Assembly: GCF_006345805.1 (NCBI RefSeq)
Contig: NC_043025.1
Coordinates: 12,958,001 to 13,022,000, forward strand
Reading direction: 5' to 3'
DNA length: 64,000 nucleotides
Origin: Octopus sinensis
Lineage: Eukaryota
The notes beneath the pieces were generated by a model. That model worked only from the letters and a program-made list of their open reading frames with translations. It did not search any database and had not been told where the DNA came from. Shown here in pieces: positions 12,852 to 25,779 of this stretch (positions within the stretch are counted from its first letter, which is position 1; the number at the start of each line of letters is the position of its first letter). Position numbers and translations under genes: made by a program.

Positions 12852-13137
12852 GTTAGTATTGAACCCACAACCTTGCTCTTCGCCACAACTACTGATTTTG
12901 TTGTAGCAATGCTTTAATTTTTATGTGTGTGTGTGCTTGTGAGGTAGGAAGTAGATTCGTTGCTGTTTTGTGAGCTTCGAAAGCAGTTTGGCTGTTATTT
13001 CTAGCATGGTAAAAGACCCGTATGTAGAATATTTGGGGTGGAAATGGCAGGTTGAGATGCTAAAGAGTGAAACACATTTAATACAAGCTGTGATTTAGAC
13101 ATGTCTAATACAAGATCTGGCTTAGTGTTTTATATAT

Positions 13138-13430
13138 CATCATTGTTCGACCGTGGTCGAGACAGTGGAATTTACCATGCTACACCAGACTTCACGGTCC
13201 ATCATGGCATTACGGAGGTCCTGTTGCTGGATGCTTGTTTCCCTGGAGATTACATCAGGGTAGGAGAGTGTGCGCCCTCTGGCATTGGGAGTAGATGGCT
13301 TCCAGAGGAGAAGAGTAGAAATTACCTCTTTTTCAGCTCTACAACAATGTCCAGCAAACTGGACTCTCCTACCTTTCACAAGAGATGACACAGGTGGTAG
13401 CTTCCCATATATTTGCATTTGCAAATGGAC
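13138..13430 (-). mobile_element. RTE-like LINE 3' terminus
   Basis: ARGRTLSYPDVISRETSIQQQDLRNAMMDREVW, an RTE-type C-terminus, with a (TGA)n tail; second copy at 35575-36000. Confidence 0.7.
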
Positions 13431-13962
13431 AGTGCTGAGTTGTCAAACATTTAAACCAATTTTCTCAAAACAACTTGTCCGACCGTCCCATAGGCCTCCC
13501 CTTTGAGAAACAATGATTTAACCTAAATTTGAGACACCAGCAAAAGAAGAAATAAAGATAGACTTTTTTTTCTCTATTCCAAAGAAAAACGATTTTATTC
13601 GCACAAATATGCAACCGAAGAGTTCAAAGTAGCAGTAATGATAAGGCTGTTGACTGGGAGAACACAAACATGGTTTAAACAGTAAGCTTGGCAGGAAAGA
13701 AACGTGCCTTTAAGCAGTACAAGAACAACAAAAAATGGAAGGTGCAGTTATGTACAGGTTGACGTATAAAGTACATGCAGTAATGTAGAAATATCTGGGA
13801 AGTGAACAGTGTATGAGTCAGATACATGCTTGCGTGTGTACGGAGAGGAGAAGATCAGGTGTAGTGTTGGCGAATCTCGGGAAGTTTTGAAGGATGCAAT
13901 GCTCCCACAACTAACAACTGATATATATGTGTGTGTGTGTGTGTATGTATGTATATATATAT

Positions 13963-14512
13963 ATGATGGCCGTCCACTCGTGACCGAGGAAGACCATTGC
14001 CGACTTTCAGGAACATTGTGCGCTCTATGACTAACTTATATTTTGCATTTGTGGCTCCGTTGGTGGCTAATGAGCCCTGCTCTTGACAAGCATACACGGC
14101 TGCAAACATTGCAGACCAAGCTTTCCCCATTCACTATACGAGCCGTGCACTTTCACGCAGCTCACTTAAGTTCTTTATGCTGGATACGTGCTCTCTCAAA
14201 AGTGTCGATCCCCTCCTTAACCTGCTTCCTCCATCTGTGGCGATGACAGGCATTGTTCTCCCAGTCAGTGTCCTGCATATCACAGGCCTTTAATGAGGAC
14301 TTGACACAGTCCTTAAATCATTGCAAGGAGAACAAAAGTTGCTGTGTACCGTGCTTGTGTACTGACATCGCTTCTCTACTCATGTGAGACATGGACTCTG
14401 TACAAACGTCAGGTAAGGGTCCTTGAACGTTTTCATCAGAGATGTCTCAGACACATTCTCAATGTTCGCTGGACCTCAAAAATTCCAGACACACAGGTCC
14501 TGAGGACAGCTG
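13963..14512. mobile_element. RTE-clade LINE 3' fragment with an inverted 5' part
   Basis: Minus 13963-14322: (R)FKDCVKSSLKACD...CNVCSRVCLSRAGLISHQRSH (C2H2 terminus). Plus 14325-14512: RTKVAVYRACVLTSLLYSCETWTLYKRQVRVLERFHQRCLRHIL. Confidence 0.85.
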
Positions 14513-14541
14513 ATATATATATATTTATATATATATATATA

Positions 14542-14580
14542 TATATTGATGAAGGGCAAATACCCTGAAACATGTCTGCA
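14542..14580 (+). ncRNA. Degenerate minimal hammerhead motif
   Basis: TTGATGA-AGGG-CAAATA-CCCT-GAA-ACATGT-C-TGCA; C3U in the core and a 5' stem I replaced by (TA)n. Confidence 0.55.
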
Positions 14581-14808
14581 GCTGTCTGACTGGCAGGATG
14601 AAGCGGCTGACCTCCCCTGTTCGAAGGTTTATAATGGACGCAGGTTGTGTGTTAAATAGCTAGCTTGAGGCGATGGCCTCTTGGAGCTAATCAGCGACAG
14701 CTTTAGTCTTATATTTATAAGACTGCAATATAAGTATGGCAATAACTATTAATTTCCAGGAACGCTGCCGTAATCTCCTTTAGAGAGACTTAGTAATTTT
14801 AATATTTC

Positions 14809-14847
<39 letters not shown>

Positions 14848-15005
14848 ATATACATATACACGATGGGATTCTTTCAGTTTCCGTCTACCAAATCCACTCA
14901 CAAGGCTTTGGTCGGCCCAAGTCTATAGTAGAAGACGCTTGCCCAAGTATGAATACTTTTTGTAGCTAAATCTTCTTATGCGTATTTTTCTTTTGTGTGT
15001 TTCAG

Positions 15006-15089
15006 AAAATGTGGCGAGAGCAACCAGACGAATTCAAGAGAACTGTCAGCAAGTGTGTAAGGAAGAGTCAAGAGGATTTTAATGACTAA
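15006..15089 (+). CDS. UBE2G1: UBE2G1-like last coding exon
   Basis: tttcag|AAAATG; KMWREQPDEFKRTVSKCVRKSQEDFND*, with stop TAA at 15087-15089. Confidence 0.93.
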   Translation, partial: KMWREQPDEFKRTVSKCVRKSQEDFND

Positions 15090-15446
15090 GCAGATTTTCT
15101 AATTGATTCATTTTAATTAAAAATAAGGTGGGTCTATTAATTACTGTTCTTGCTTTTGTTTCGTTACGTTGTCAGTTACTGGTCCTGAAAAATTTATCGA
15201 TCAAAGATGTTCCGCCTGTGATCCTCCTGTCTTTTATTCAGACATAGTGTATCTAGGACTACATTATCCAATGTATCCTTATTCAGCTGAAGTAGCTGTG
15301 CATCTCTGCTACAAGACACCTGTTTCCGTCCCTCTACTCATGGTTTAATCTCTCCATCACCAGGCACTAAGCCACCTCTCTCAATACTAAACCCTGCCCA
15401 TGAGTCAAGGGGTCTTTGTCTTGCAAGTCAACTTGGTGATTTCACT

Positions 15447-15780
15447 GGCGCACGGCTCAGTGGTTAGAGCGTCGAGCTTATGATCGTGAGGTTGTGAGTT
15501 CGAATCCTGGACCGGGCTGCATGTTGTGTTCTTGAGCAAGACACTTTATTTCACGTTGCTCCAGTTCACTCAGCTGTAGAAAGAGTTGTGACATCACTGG
15601 TGCCCAGCTGTATCAGCCTTTGGCTTTCCCTTGGCTAACATCAATGTTGTGAAGAGGGGAGTCTGGTGTGCATGGGCGACTGCTGGTCTTCCATAAAAAT
15701 AACCTTGCTTGGACTTGTGCCTGGGAGGGTAACTTTCTAAGTGCAATCCCATGGTCAGTCATGACTGAAGGGGTCTTTAT
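15447..15780 (+). mobile_element. tRNA-headed SINE (family C)
   Basis: ggctcagtggttagagcg..gagttcgaatcc; full copy also at 59026-59345, partial copies at 21150-21290 (-) and 31045-31175. Confidence 0.78.
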
Positions 15781-15794
15781 CTTTTATGTCCATA

Positions 15795-16086
15795 CTAGCA
15801 GTATCGCACGGCGTTGCTCGGAAATAACTATATAAGCATTTTTAGAGAGTTACTTCCCTTATATAAACAGAGCAAAAAATGCATTAAAAAGACGAAAAAA
15901 TGATGGTAAATTTTTTTAAATCGTAGATTCATCATAGACGCGCGCTAATACCCAGAAGGGCTCGATATGAATCACGACTATAAGATACTCGCTTTTGGTT
16001 AAACTGTACCGCAAAATGTGGGAGTAGTTAGGAATCTAATTCGGAGGAGACAGACTCTCACACAACTACAGTTTTACATATAAAGA
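15795..16086 (-). mobile_element. Non-autonomous Helitron-like element, family 1
   Basis: On the minus strand it begins A|TC and ends with a GC hairpin followed by CTAG|T; same family at 26208 and 47490. Confidence 0.72.
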
Positions 16087-16128
16087 TATGTGCAAGTGTG
16101 TATATGCGAGTGTTTTTTTTTTTATCAG

Positions 16129-17009
16129 ATATGTTTGTTTGTTTATACAATTTGTTGTTTTGTTTTTCGTTTCCCTCCTCCGACGTCGCCGATTCCGGTT
16201 CCAGAAGCAGGATGGCACCAACGGCACCCAGTACCCGCAGGGGAAAACGTACAACCAACAACAACAACAGCAGCAGCAACAACATCACTGATTTTCTTCA
16301 GCTTCTTCATCATAGCAGCGGCAGCAGCAATAGCGACAGCAGCAGCAGCTGCAGTGGAAGAAGCGGCAGCGGCAGCTGCAGATTACGGTGGGAAGTGGGT
16401 GCGGGAGTGCGTTGCCCCACAGTTTCTTTCCTTACAAGATTTCTCATCCAGCAGTTTGTGTGTGTGTGTGCGTATGCGTGCTATGTACGAGTGTGTGTGT
16501 ATGTATGTATGTATGTATGTATATATGTGTGTGTGCGAGAGAGAGGGGGTGGTGGTGGAGGTCGGGCGGGCGGGCGGGGCGACGGGAGGGAGGGATGGGG
16601 AGGAGTCTCGATGGGTGCACGCGCTGCGGCCATCCTCCTCGTCCTCCCCCCAACCGTCGTCCTTCGCCTCCTCCCTCTCTCCTCTTCTCCTCCTTCCTCC
16701 TCCTCCTCCTATTACTACTACCACCATTCATTGATCAAAGGACCTCTACTTCCTCTTCCTCCACCTCCACCACCTCCTCCGATACACATTTGAAGACATT
16801 GGAACGCCCCCTCACCCCTCCCACCCCGTCCCGTCCCCACCCCCTTTTCAACTCTTTTTTTTTTTTTTTCCTCCTCAAAAAAAAAAAAATTGATAAAAAA
16901 TTTTTAAAGTTGGAAACAACATAAAAAATGAAATAAATGATTAAATGTAACAAAAAATCAACCGAAAGCTGCCATAGATTTTAACATCACAGTGACTTAA
17001 AATGTTTCA

Positions 17010-17042
<33 letters not shown>

Positions 17043-18840
17043 CATGTGTGTGTATGTATGTATATGTGTATTTAGACATATATCTGTTCGTGCATGCGTC
17101 TGTATGTATGTATGTATATATATATATGCACACATACGTGCATGCGTCTGTATGTATGTATATATATATGCATACATAGGTCTCTATATGTACGTATGTA
17201 TATGTGTACTTATACATATATCTATGTGTGCATGCGTCTGTATGTATGTATGTGTACTTATACATATATCTATGCGTGCATGCGTCTGTATGTGTATATA
17301 TATATGCACACATAGGTCTCTATATGTATGTATGTATATGTGTACTTATACATATATCTATGTGTGCATGCGTCTGTATGTATGTATGTGTACTTATACA
17401 TATATCTATGCGTGCATGCGTCTGTATGTGTATATATATATGCACACATAGGTCTCTATATGTATGTATGTATATGTGTACTTATACATATATCTATGTG
17501 TGCATGCGTCTATATGTATGTGTGTATATATATATATGCATACATGGGTCTCTATATGTATGTATGTATACGTGTACTTATACATATATCTGTGTGCATG
17601 CGTCTGTATGTATGTGTGTGTATATATATATATGCACAGACATGTATATAGGTCTCTACATACACATACGTGTATACATACAGACATGCTTGCACACATA
17701 CATGTCTATGAGTGTGTATACACATGCACTCATGTATATAAAGACAGTTTGCACACACCTTTATATGAATGTGCATGTATATATGCACACTGAATATACA
17801 TACATAAGTATGTATATATATATATTATACACACGTGTGTGTACATATGGACGCATGTTCTCTCATAAACATGTCTATGAATGTGTGTGTGTATGTATGT
17901 ATATGTATATACACACCTATGCACCATATAGCTATATATAGATGTGTGTATACACACTATACAATGTGTGTGAGTGTGTATATATATATGTATATACATG
18001 CATACACAAATGCATGTGTATATATCTTTTCCTTACCCTCAACCCGTTTCTCTCTCTTTCTCTCTCTATCTCTCCTTCCCCTCAAAATGTCCACAGTTTT
18101 CTCCAAGACTGTGGGAAATTAGTTCCAATTCAATATTAAGGAAAATCGACGTACCAAAGACTTGATAAGAATATTCGTTATTAATATTAATGATATATAT
18201 ATATATACATATATATATATGAGAGAGAGAGAGAAAGACAGACGTGTGTGTGTGTCAATATATTTATAGATATTTGTGTGTGCACACATGTATACACACA
18301 CACACACACACACTATATTAAAAGATATGCATATGTATATATTTGTGTGCTGCCAGTATGTATACACACACACACACACACATATATATTGCACGTATGT
18401 ATAAATACACACACACACACACATACATACATACATACATACATACATACAACGTGATTATCTTTTAAAACATGATTCCCTCCCCGTGCCCCCTCCCTCC
18501 CGCCATTGTCCCTTTAAAAAAAAAATTGTTTTGGAAAAAAAAAAGATATAATAATAAATAACAATTAACACTTTAAAAGACAAAATCTTTTTACAGATAA
18601 AAAAAAAAAAGGATTTTTTTTTTTTTTTTTGTGGTCACTCAAGGAATTCGTTGAGTGTTTGTTTGGGGGGATTTCAGGGTTTTAAGGGATTGGTTAGGGA
18701 AACAGGGGAAAGGGGACGGGGGTTGGATTGGGTGTGTGTTTGGTAGGGGGGGTGGGGCATTGGAAATGAAATTTGAAAATTAAAAAAAAAAAAAAATATG
18801 ATAATTAATAAAGTGTAATGAAATTACGAAGCAGGCGAGA
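16129..18840 (+). other. Probable terminal non-coding (3'-UTR) exon of UBE2G1
   Basis: Donor AAG|GTGGGT at 15127/15128, 38 nt after the stop; acceptor T-run+atcag| at 16128; AATAAA at 16932, 18553 and 18807, the last followed by a T/GT-rich element (~18845-18865). No credible coding ORF. Confidence 0.55.
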
Positions 18841-19569
18841 AGTTGACTTTTTTTTTTTTGTGGTTCGTCTTGCGATTCGGAGTTATCTCCCTTCCATCTC
18901 TCTTCTCACTCTTTCTCCCTCCTCCTTTCTCTCTCTGTCTCTGCGTTTCTCTCTCACTCTTTCTTCCTCCACATTTCTCTGTGCTTCTCACCCTTTCGCT
19001 CTTCTCTGCGTCTCTCCGTTTTTCTCCCTCTCTCCCTGCCTTCCATCTCTCTCTCTCCTTCTCTGTCACACACTCTCCCTCTCCTTCACTTACATTCTTT
19101 TCTCTCATTCTCTTTCTTTCCTTTTTCTCTCTCTCACTCCATGTCACTTTCTCTTTCTCTCTGCCTATATCTCTCACCCCATCTCTCTCATTCACCTGTC
19201 TCCTTTCTTTTCTCTCTCTCTCCCTCTGCTCTCCTTCGATGTTCTCTCTCTCTCTCTCTCTCTCACAACTGCAATTCTCATCAAATTACTTTTGAATTCT
19301 ATCTTGCAGTGTACATCAAAAAGTGTACGACACATTAGATAATGTAGTCTTAGATACACTATGTCTGAATAAAAGACAGGATGGTCACAACTGGAACATC
19401 ACTGATCATAGATCTGCTGGATCAGGACCCACCTGGGGCTAAACAACAATACTTTATATACAGTAATCCCGCAATTATCGTGCCATAGTTGGAAATATGC
19501 GAAGCTAGAAACAGTACTGTACTGTATTTTTTATTTAATTTTTGTAATTTGTATATATTTATATTTCTG

Positions 19570-19907
19570 TATCTTGGACGAAAATTGTATGCACATTTTG
19601 CTTTGACGGTTAATGGCGTCGAAACTGAGGCTAGGATCGAGCTGAAAGTTGGCAGGGATACTAAATGCATTGTGAGGATGTGACCCGTGATGGTTAAAAT
19701 TCGCAAGCTATAAAGATGTGGTTGCTATGGCAAAAAGAGTGATTTTTTTCTATATCTATAAAACAGTCGTTGGACGAAAATTGTATGCACATTTTGCTTT
19801 GACGGTTAATGGCGTCGAAACCAAGGTGAGGGTCGAGCCGAAAATTGGCAGGGATACTAAATGCGTGGTGAGGATGTGACCCACGATGGTTAAAATTCGC
19901 AAGCTAT
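19570..19907 (+). repeat. ~197-bp tandem repeat running into the assembly gap, Helitron-like
   Basis: ttggacgaaaattgtatgcac..aaaattcgcaagctat twice; tctatatctataaaa at the junction resembles the Helitron family-2 5' end. Confidence 0.6.
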
Positions 19908-20007
19908 NNNNNNNNNNNNNNNNNNNNNNNNNNNNNNNNNNNNNNNNNNNNNNNNNNNNNNNNNNNNNNNNNNNNNNNNNNNNNNNNNNNNNNNNNNNNN
20001 NNNNNNN
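19908..20007. other. Assembly gap (100 N)
   Basis: Run of N. Confidence 1.
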
Positions 20008-20769
20008 TGTTGCTGGCCTGAAGGAAGGAAACTTGATTGCAGCTACTTAAAGAAGATTGTATATGTGTGGATATATATACTCTTTTACTCCTATACTTGT
20101 TTCAGTCATTTGACTCTGGCCATGCTGGAGCACCGCCTTTAGTCGAGCAACTCGACCCCGGGACTTATTCATTGTAAGCCCAGTACTTATTCTATCGGTC
20201 TCTTTTGCCGAACTGCTAAGTGACGGGGACGTAAACACACCAGCATCGGTTGTCAAGCAATGCTAGGGTAACAAACACAGGCACACAATCATATACACAC
20301 ACATACATATATACGACGGGCTTCTTTCAGTTTCCGTCTACCAAATCCACTCACAAGGCATTGGTTGGCCCGGGGCTATAGCAGAAGACACTTGCCCAAG
20401 GTGCCACGCAGTGGGACTGAACCCGGAACCATGTGGTTGGTTAGCAAGCTACTTACCACACAGCCACTCCTGCGCCTATATATATATACACTAAATATAC
20501 ACAATTTCTATATATGTTTAATAAAGAACCATGTAATTCACACCCTGAAAATTTTATTTCTGTAAAATGTTGGGAGCGGGTGAAACTTTCGAGGCTTCCA
20601 CCTCACCCCACTGCATTTTTCGAACCGCAAAAAGGGTTTTCTACCTTGTTGGGATGGGTCATGTTAGTATATCACAGGAATTCATTCAACAAAAAAGAAA
20701 AAAAAATCCAATTCGTCACCCCCTTTTCCGAACCAAAATAAGGGATTTGCAGCATAATTCGGGTAAGGA

Positions 20770-21480
20770 GGTTAGAGTACTTGATTCCACGCAAAAAATC
20801 CGAATTAAAAAAAAATATTTTTCCTTAGTGACAATTCCGGGGAAGGGGGGCTACCCACCACCTTCCGGATCAATTCCAAACCAAAATATGGGATATGCAG
20901 CATATTACGAGGTCAGGGTACTTGATTCCACGCAAAAAATCAGGGGTTTCTTTTGTGAAAATTCCGGGGGTGGGTGGGTGGCATAACACCACCCACCCCA
21001 ACCCCAGTGCCGGACCAATTCCGAACAAAAATATGGGATTCGCAGGATATTAGGAGGTCAGGGTACTTGATTCCACGCAAAAAGATCCGAGTTTTTTTGT
21101 CTTTTTCCTTAGTGAAAATCGTGCGGGTGTTACTCTGTAATTTTACCCTCCATTTCTACAGCCGAGTGAACTGGAGCAACCTTAAAATAAAGTCTCCTGC
21201 TCAAGAAAACAACACGTTACCCGTCTGGGATTCGAACTCACAACCTCACGATCGTAAGCTCGACGCTCTAACCACTGAGCCATGCGCCTCCCACACAGGA
21301 AAAACTGAAGAGTTACTGAATCAAGGGGACATAACTAGCCACGAGCGTCAGTTCACACAAGAAGACTAAAGAGTTACTGAATCAAGGGGAGGTAACTAGC
21401 CACGAGCGTCAGTCCACACAGGAAAAACTGAAGAATTACCGAATCAAGGGGACATAACTAGCCACGAGCTTCAGTCCACG
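20770..21480. repeat. Tandem ~140-bp units (x3) and ~61-bp units (x3)
   Basis: gtacttgattccacgcaaaaa at ~20777, 20917 and 21063; actgaa..ttac..aatcaagggga..taactagccacgagc three times at 21300-21480. Confidence 0.7.
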
Positions 21481-22849
21481 TTTGGCCGTCGACCATGGAA
21501 GGTCTTCTAAATGTAAGTCAGTCTTTCATTTTTCCCCTTTATGTATCTTATATCCTGCCTAAGTCCACCTTAGAATCCATCACAGATATTCACAACTATC
21601 AACTCGACCGTATTTTCAATTTACCGATTGCAAACTCCCGCCAGAAATCCTTCGCCACGCGGACTTTTTCGCGGGCTTTCCAACCCCTTCCCCGCGGTTT
21701 TTCAAACCCCTTCCACGCGGTTCGGGTTTAAAACATCTAAAAAAGTGAATTTATCTAAAATATTTACAGTATTTCTCTGAGAAAATACATCTTCCTTTGC
21801 TTTAAACAGTTTAATAATTTCCTTTATATCATCCACAATATTTGGTTGAAGAAGGATAATGAGTTCTTTTAGATTAAAATGTTATAAATTAGACCCCGAC
21901 TCACAACGTGGGGGAGATTTTGCTGTTTCTTGTAGCACGTGGGGGGGGGGGCGACCCCCTTCGTTTCTTTGGTATTTAATTTACCTTATCTCGAACATTC
22001 ATGACTGACAAAATTATTTCACTTAATTCTTCATTGCTTTCAAATAAAAAAAAAAGCCGACGGCAGTATATATGTGTGTGTGTGTGTCTGTGTATATGTG
22101 TGTGTATGCTTGTGTCTGTATATATGTGTGTGTGTATGCTTGTGTGTCTGTGTATATATGTGTGTATATATATATATAATAAAAGGGTAAATAATTTTTT
22201 CGATGGTTATGTCGTATACGGAGCCCCCACATGTAGAAAATGGAAATAAACAGTCTCTGACTGCTATTTCTAATTCTTTCGGTATGCGGCAGAGCAATCT
22301 GTTGCCTGCCCTTTTTCTTATGTTCTGTGTATATATATATATGTGTGTGTGTGTGTCTGTGTTTGTCCCCCTAGCATCGCTTGACAACCGATGCTGGTGT
22401 GTTTATGTCCCCGTCAATTAGCGGTTCGGCAAAAAGAGTCCGATAGAATAAGTACTGGGGTTCGATTTCTTCGACTGAAATCCTTCAAGGCGGTGCTCCA
22501 GCATGGCCGCTGTCAAATGACTGAAAGAAGTAAAAGAGAGAGGCAGTGTATTAGAAGAGGAATAGGTCTGAAACATTTGCTTGGTCCTTGCTGGACAACC
22601 CATGCCTGCGTCCACCCTTAACACCACGTGTAGAATTTACCCAAGGCTGTCAACACCACCAGAAGGCCCACAACACGTACATAGAACTGCCAAACAATTT
22701 CTTTTCCCCTTCAACAGGTTCTATCTTTATTTAACATTTGTTCCAAAGCAGATCAAACGAGAAAAACCTCCCATCACTTTCCATACGAAATCTGGACAAA
22801 TTTCGATCTCCACTTAAATACAGAGGTCCCTTAACGGTTCTACCTAAGT

Positions 22850-23700
22850 ACAGGTGTTACATACAAAACATTTTAAATGCACGCTGTGTACACGTGTAAT
22901 GAACACCCTAACAGTAACCCTTCCTTTTAAATTATTAGGATCTTTTCATTTTGAACGGCAGTTTTCAACATAATTTCTAGTTAATTAAACACGTTTAAAC
23001 TTCGTTTACTGGTAGAATGTGTCAAAATAAAATTTTTTGGCGATCTTTCGTCTCTAGTAGACCTTTTGAAGTAAAATTGGCGATCTTTCGTTTGTAGTAG
23101 CACGTTTCCGTCATCAGATCGCCGTAAAATACATACATATACACATACACCGAGTAAAAAATTTCAGTTATCTCTCTCTTTCACACATTACTTTGTCTCT
23201 TCACACACACTAACAGAAGCACTTCACTTGCACAACATACTGTCTATCTCCCACACCCCATCAAACACACACACACACACACACATGTACATCAATGCTT
23301 CACATGCACGGTAACTTCAAAAGAACTTCCCTCGTCATACAATCGCTTTCTCTTAGTCTCTTTCGCTCTCATTACTTCATAACTTCCCGCAAGCCCATAT
23401 GTAAAAAAAAAAAAAAAGAGGTTTTACGGAAATCGACGGAAAGGTCTACTAGAGACGAAAGATTGCCCAAAACATTTTAAATGCACGCTGTGTGCACGTG
23501 TAATGACACCCTAACAGTAACCCTTCCCTTTAAATCGTTAGGATCTTTTCCTTTTGAACAGCAGTTTTCAACATAATTTCTAGTCAACTAAATACTTTAA
23601 AACTTCGTATATTGGTAGAATGTTTCAAAGTAAAACATTTTTTTCTCTTGGCTTTCTTGAGAAAATTGTAATTTGTAAGTTTAACGTAGTTTAATTTTTC
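22850..23700. mobile_element. Rearranged MITE-like element with a direct duplication and internal ~30-bp TIRs
   Basis: aaaacattttaaatgcacgctgtg at 22866 and 23470; inverted ggcgatctttcgtctctagtagacc at ~23039 and ~23470. Confidence 0.55.
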
Positions 23701-23936
23701 GAATTTTAACCAATCGATTGGCCTCTATTGAGCTAAAATCATTTGCTGCGGCTAAAACCGAGACGTTGCTAAGTCCATGCAGCTTAACTACGAGAACAAG
23801 CAACACTTCGGGAGGCATTGATGTAAGGAAGCTTTTTTCCCCTTCTTTTTTTGTACATTTGGATATTTTCTTTATGTAATTTCTTTCACCATCTATTTAT
23901 ATGTTTGCTTGTCTATCTCTCTTTCTCCATGTATTA

Positions 23937-23970
<34 letters not shown>

Positions 23971-24304
23971 GGGGCAAGCAACAGTTTGCTTAGCCACATA
24001 CCGAAATCTACCCGGAAATAACGGATGATTTTAAAATTAATAATTATCTACCCTGATATATATACACACATACATAGATACAGTTGAAACACTCCTGTCC
24101 CAACGTGGGACCTTGGAGACTGCTTTAATGAAAGAAAGTATAGCAAGTCCCTTAATATTTGATACTCAATATTTCATCTATTCAATAAGACAATCAATAC
24201 TTCATTTCATTTTACTATATATACATTATTTATACTATATATTCTATATTCTACATTAATACTATAAAGAATATAAATAAAACCAAAAAAACAGTTGGAA
24301 TTCC

Positions 24305-24616
24305 TTAAAACATTACGTTATATAATTAGGGTTCAGTAAAATAATTTACTTTACCACACACCGAACTTTTAGAAATAGCAGCCAAAAATTTCTTAGCTAT
24401 TTTTTCTACTATAAGAATAAGAGATTTTTCTTATAGTAGCTAAGATTTTTTTGGCTGCTATTTCTAAAAGTTCAGTGTGTGGTAAAGTAAATTATTTTAC
24501 TGAACCCTAATTATATAACGTAATGATTTAAATATACCTTGAATGGTCCTCTTACATACTGAACACTACTTGGTAAAATTAATTAATAATTAATTAATTT
24601 TACCCTTTTATTATTG

Positions 24617-24663
<47 letters not shown>

Positions 24664-25045
24664 TCAATATAGGGTGGCAAAAAAATTTGTAGAATTTTTT
24701 TGCCACCAGCGGCCTAGTGGGAAAAATTAAATAGTCATAGACCATTTTTAAGTTCAACATCACAATCAAGGAACGGCCATAATAGGCCATTCACCCACTA
24801 GAAATAACAGCCAAAAGCTTTTTTGGCTGTTATTTCTAGTGGGTGAATGGCCTATTATGGCCGTTCCTTGATTGTGATGTTGATATATATATAATATATA
24901 TAATATATATACAAAATAAGAAATTCACCTTAATCAATAATCAACTACCGCATAATACCCAATCACATAGTTTAGTGGTTTAATAAATTATGTGAATGGT
25001 TATTATCTGGTAGTAGTTGATTATTGATTAAGGTGTATTTCTCCA
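24305..25045. repeat. Cluster of near-perfect fold-back palindromes
   Basis: Hairpins at ~24309-24528, 24672-24707, 24753-24884 and 24919-25042. Confidence 0.85.
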
Positions 25046-25450
25046 TTTTCTTATCTTGTATTAATTAGTAATTTGTGGTAAATCATTTTACCTTCGCCCA
25101 TAATAATACAGTAAATGAATTGATTGCATCGCAATCCTTAACATTTATGTATTAACTTTGTTGGGTACTTCACTAGCAGTTATCCCATGGTGGGTTGCAC
25201 TCACAACCCCTATCTCAATTCGTATATATATATATCAAGGGTGGAACATAATTAATTTAATAAAAGTAATAAATTTCACCTAGTAGATTTATCGGTATGG
25301 AAAAGACCATATTTGGTAAGGTTTATAATAATTATAATGAAGGGTTAATTGCTACAAGTTTCTCAAAACCACATACGGAAAATATTAGAAATAGCAGCCA
25401 AATTGATCACTATTTCTTCTACTAATAAAAAAGTCTCCACAAACAAACAA

Positions 25451-25490
<40 letters not shown>

Positions 25491-25779
25491 ATAAAATTAA
25501 GATATGTCTAGATCTGTCTAACTTAATAGCACCACCTGATAGCCTCGAGTTTGACAAAAGCTTTGTGAGTGGATTTGGGAGATGGAAACTATAAGAAGCC
25601 TATGATGTGTGTATATATATATGTATATATATATTTACAAAACAATTTTTCATTCAAGTAACGGAACGCAAAGCCCCTAGATCGGCTTTTATTAACATCG
25701 AGGGCAGCAGCAAAACTGCAGATTTTTTTTCCACCACCCCGACTTTAGATTATCATAACTTGCAGGAAAATGGATATGT

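Noticed and set aside
15447-15525. tRNA-like sequence (also 2296, 2597 and 59026)
   Set aside because: No complete cloverleaf, and it continues into a conserved SINE body, so it is a SINE head.
16987-18457. Many long ORFs rich in Y/I/C/V/M/H/T (also 29435-30240, 30625-31098 and 49483-50078)
   Set aside because: They are translations of (TA)n/(CA)n/(TG)n compound microsatellites, not genes.
23095-23125. CTGATGA-CG-GAAAC on the minus strand, hammerhead-like
   Set aside because: No stem II or stem III/stem I pairing; it is part of a MITE inverted-repeat derivative.
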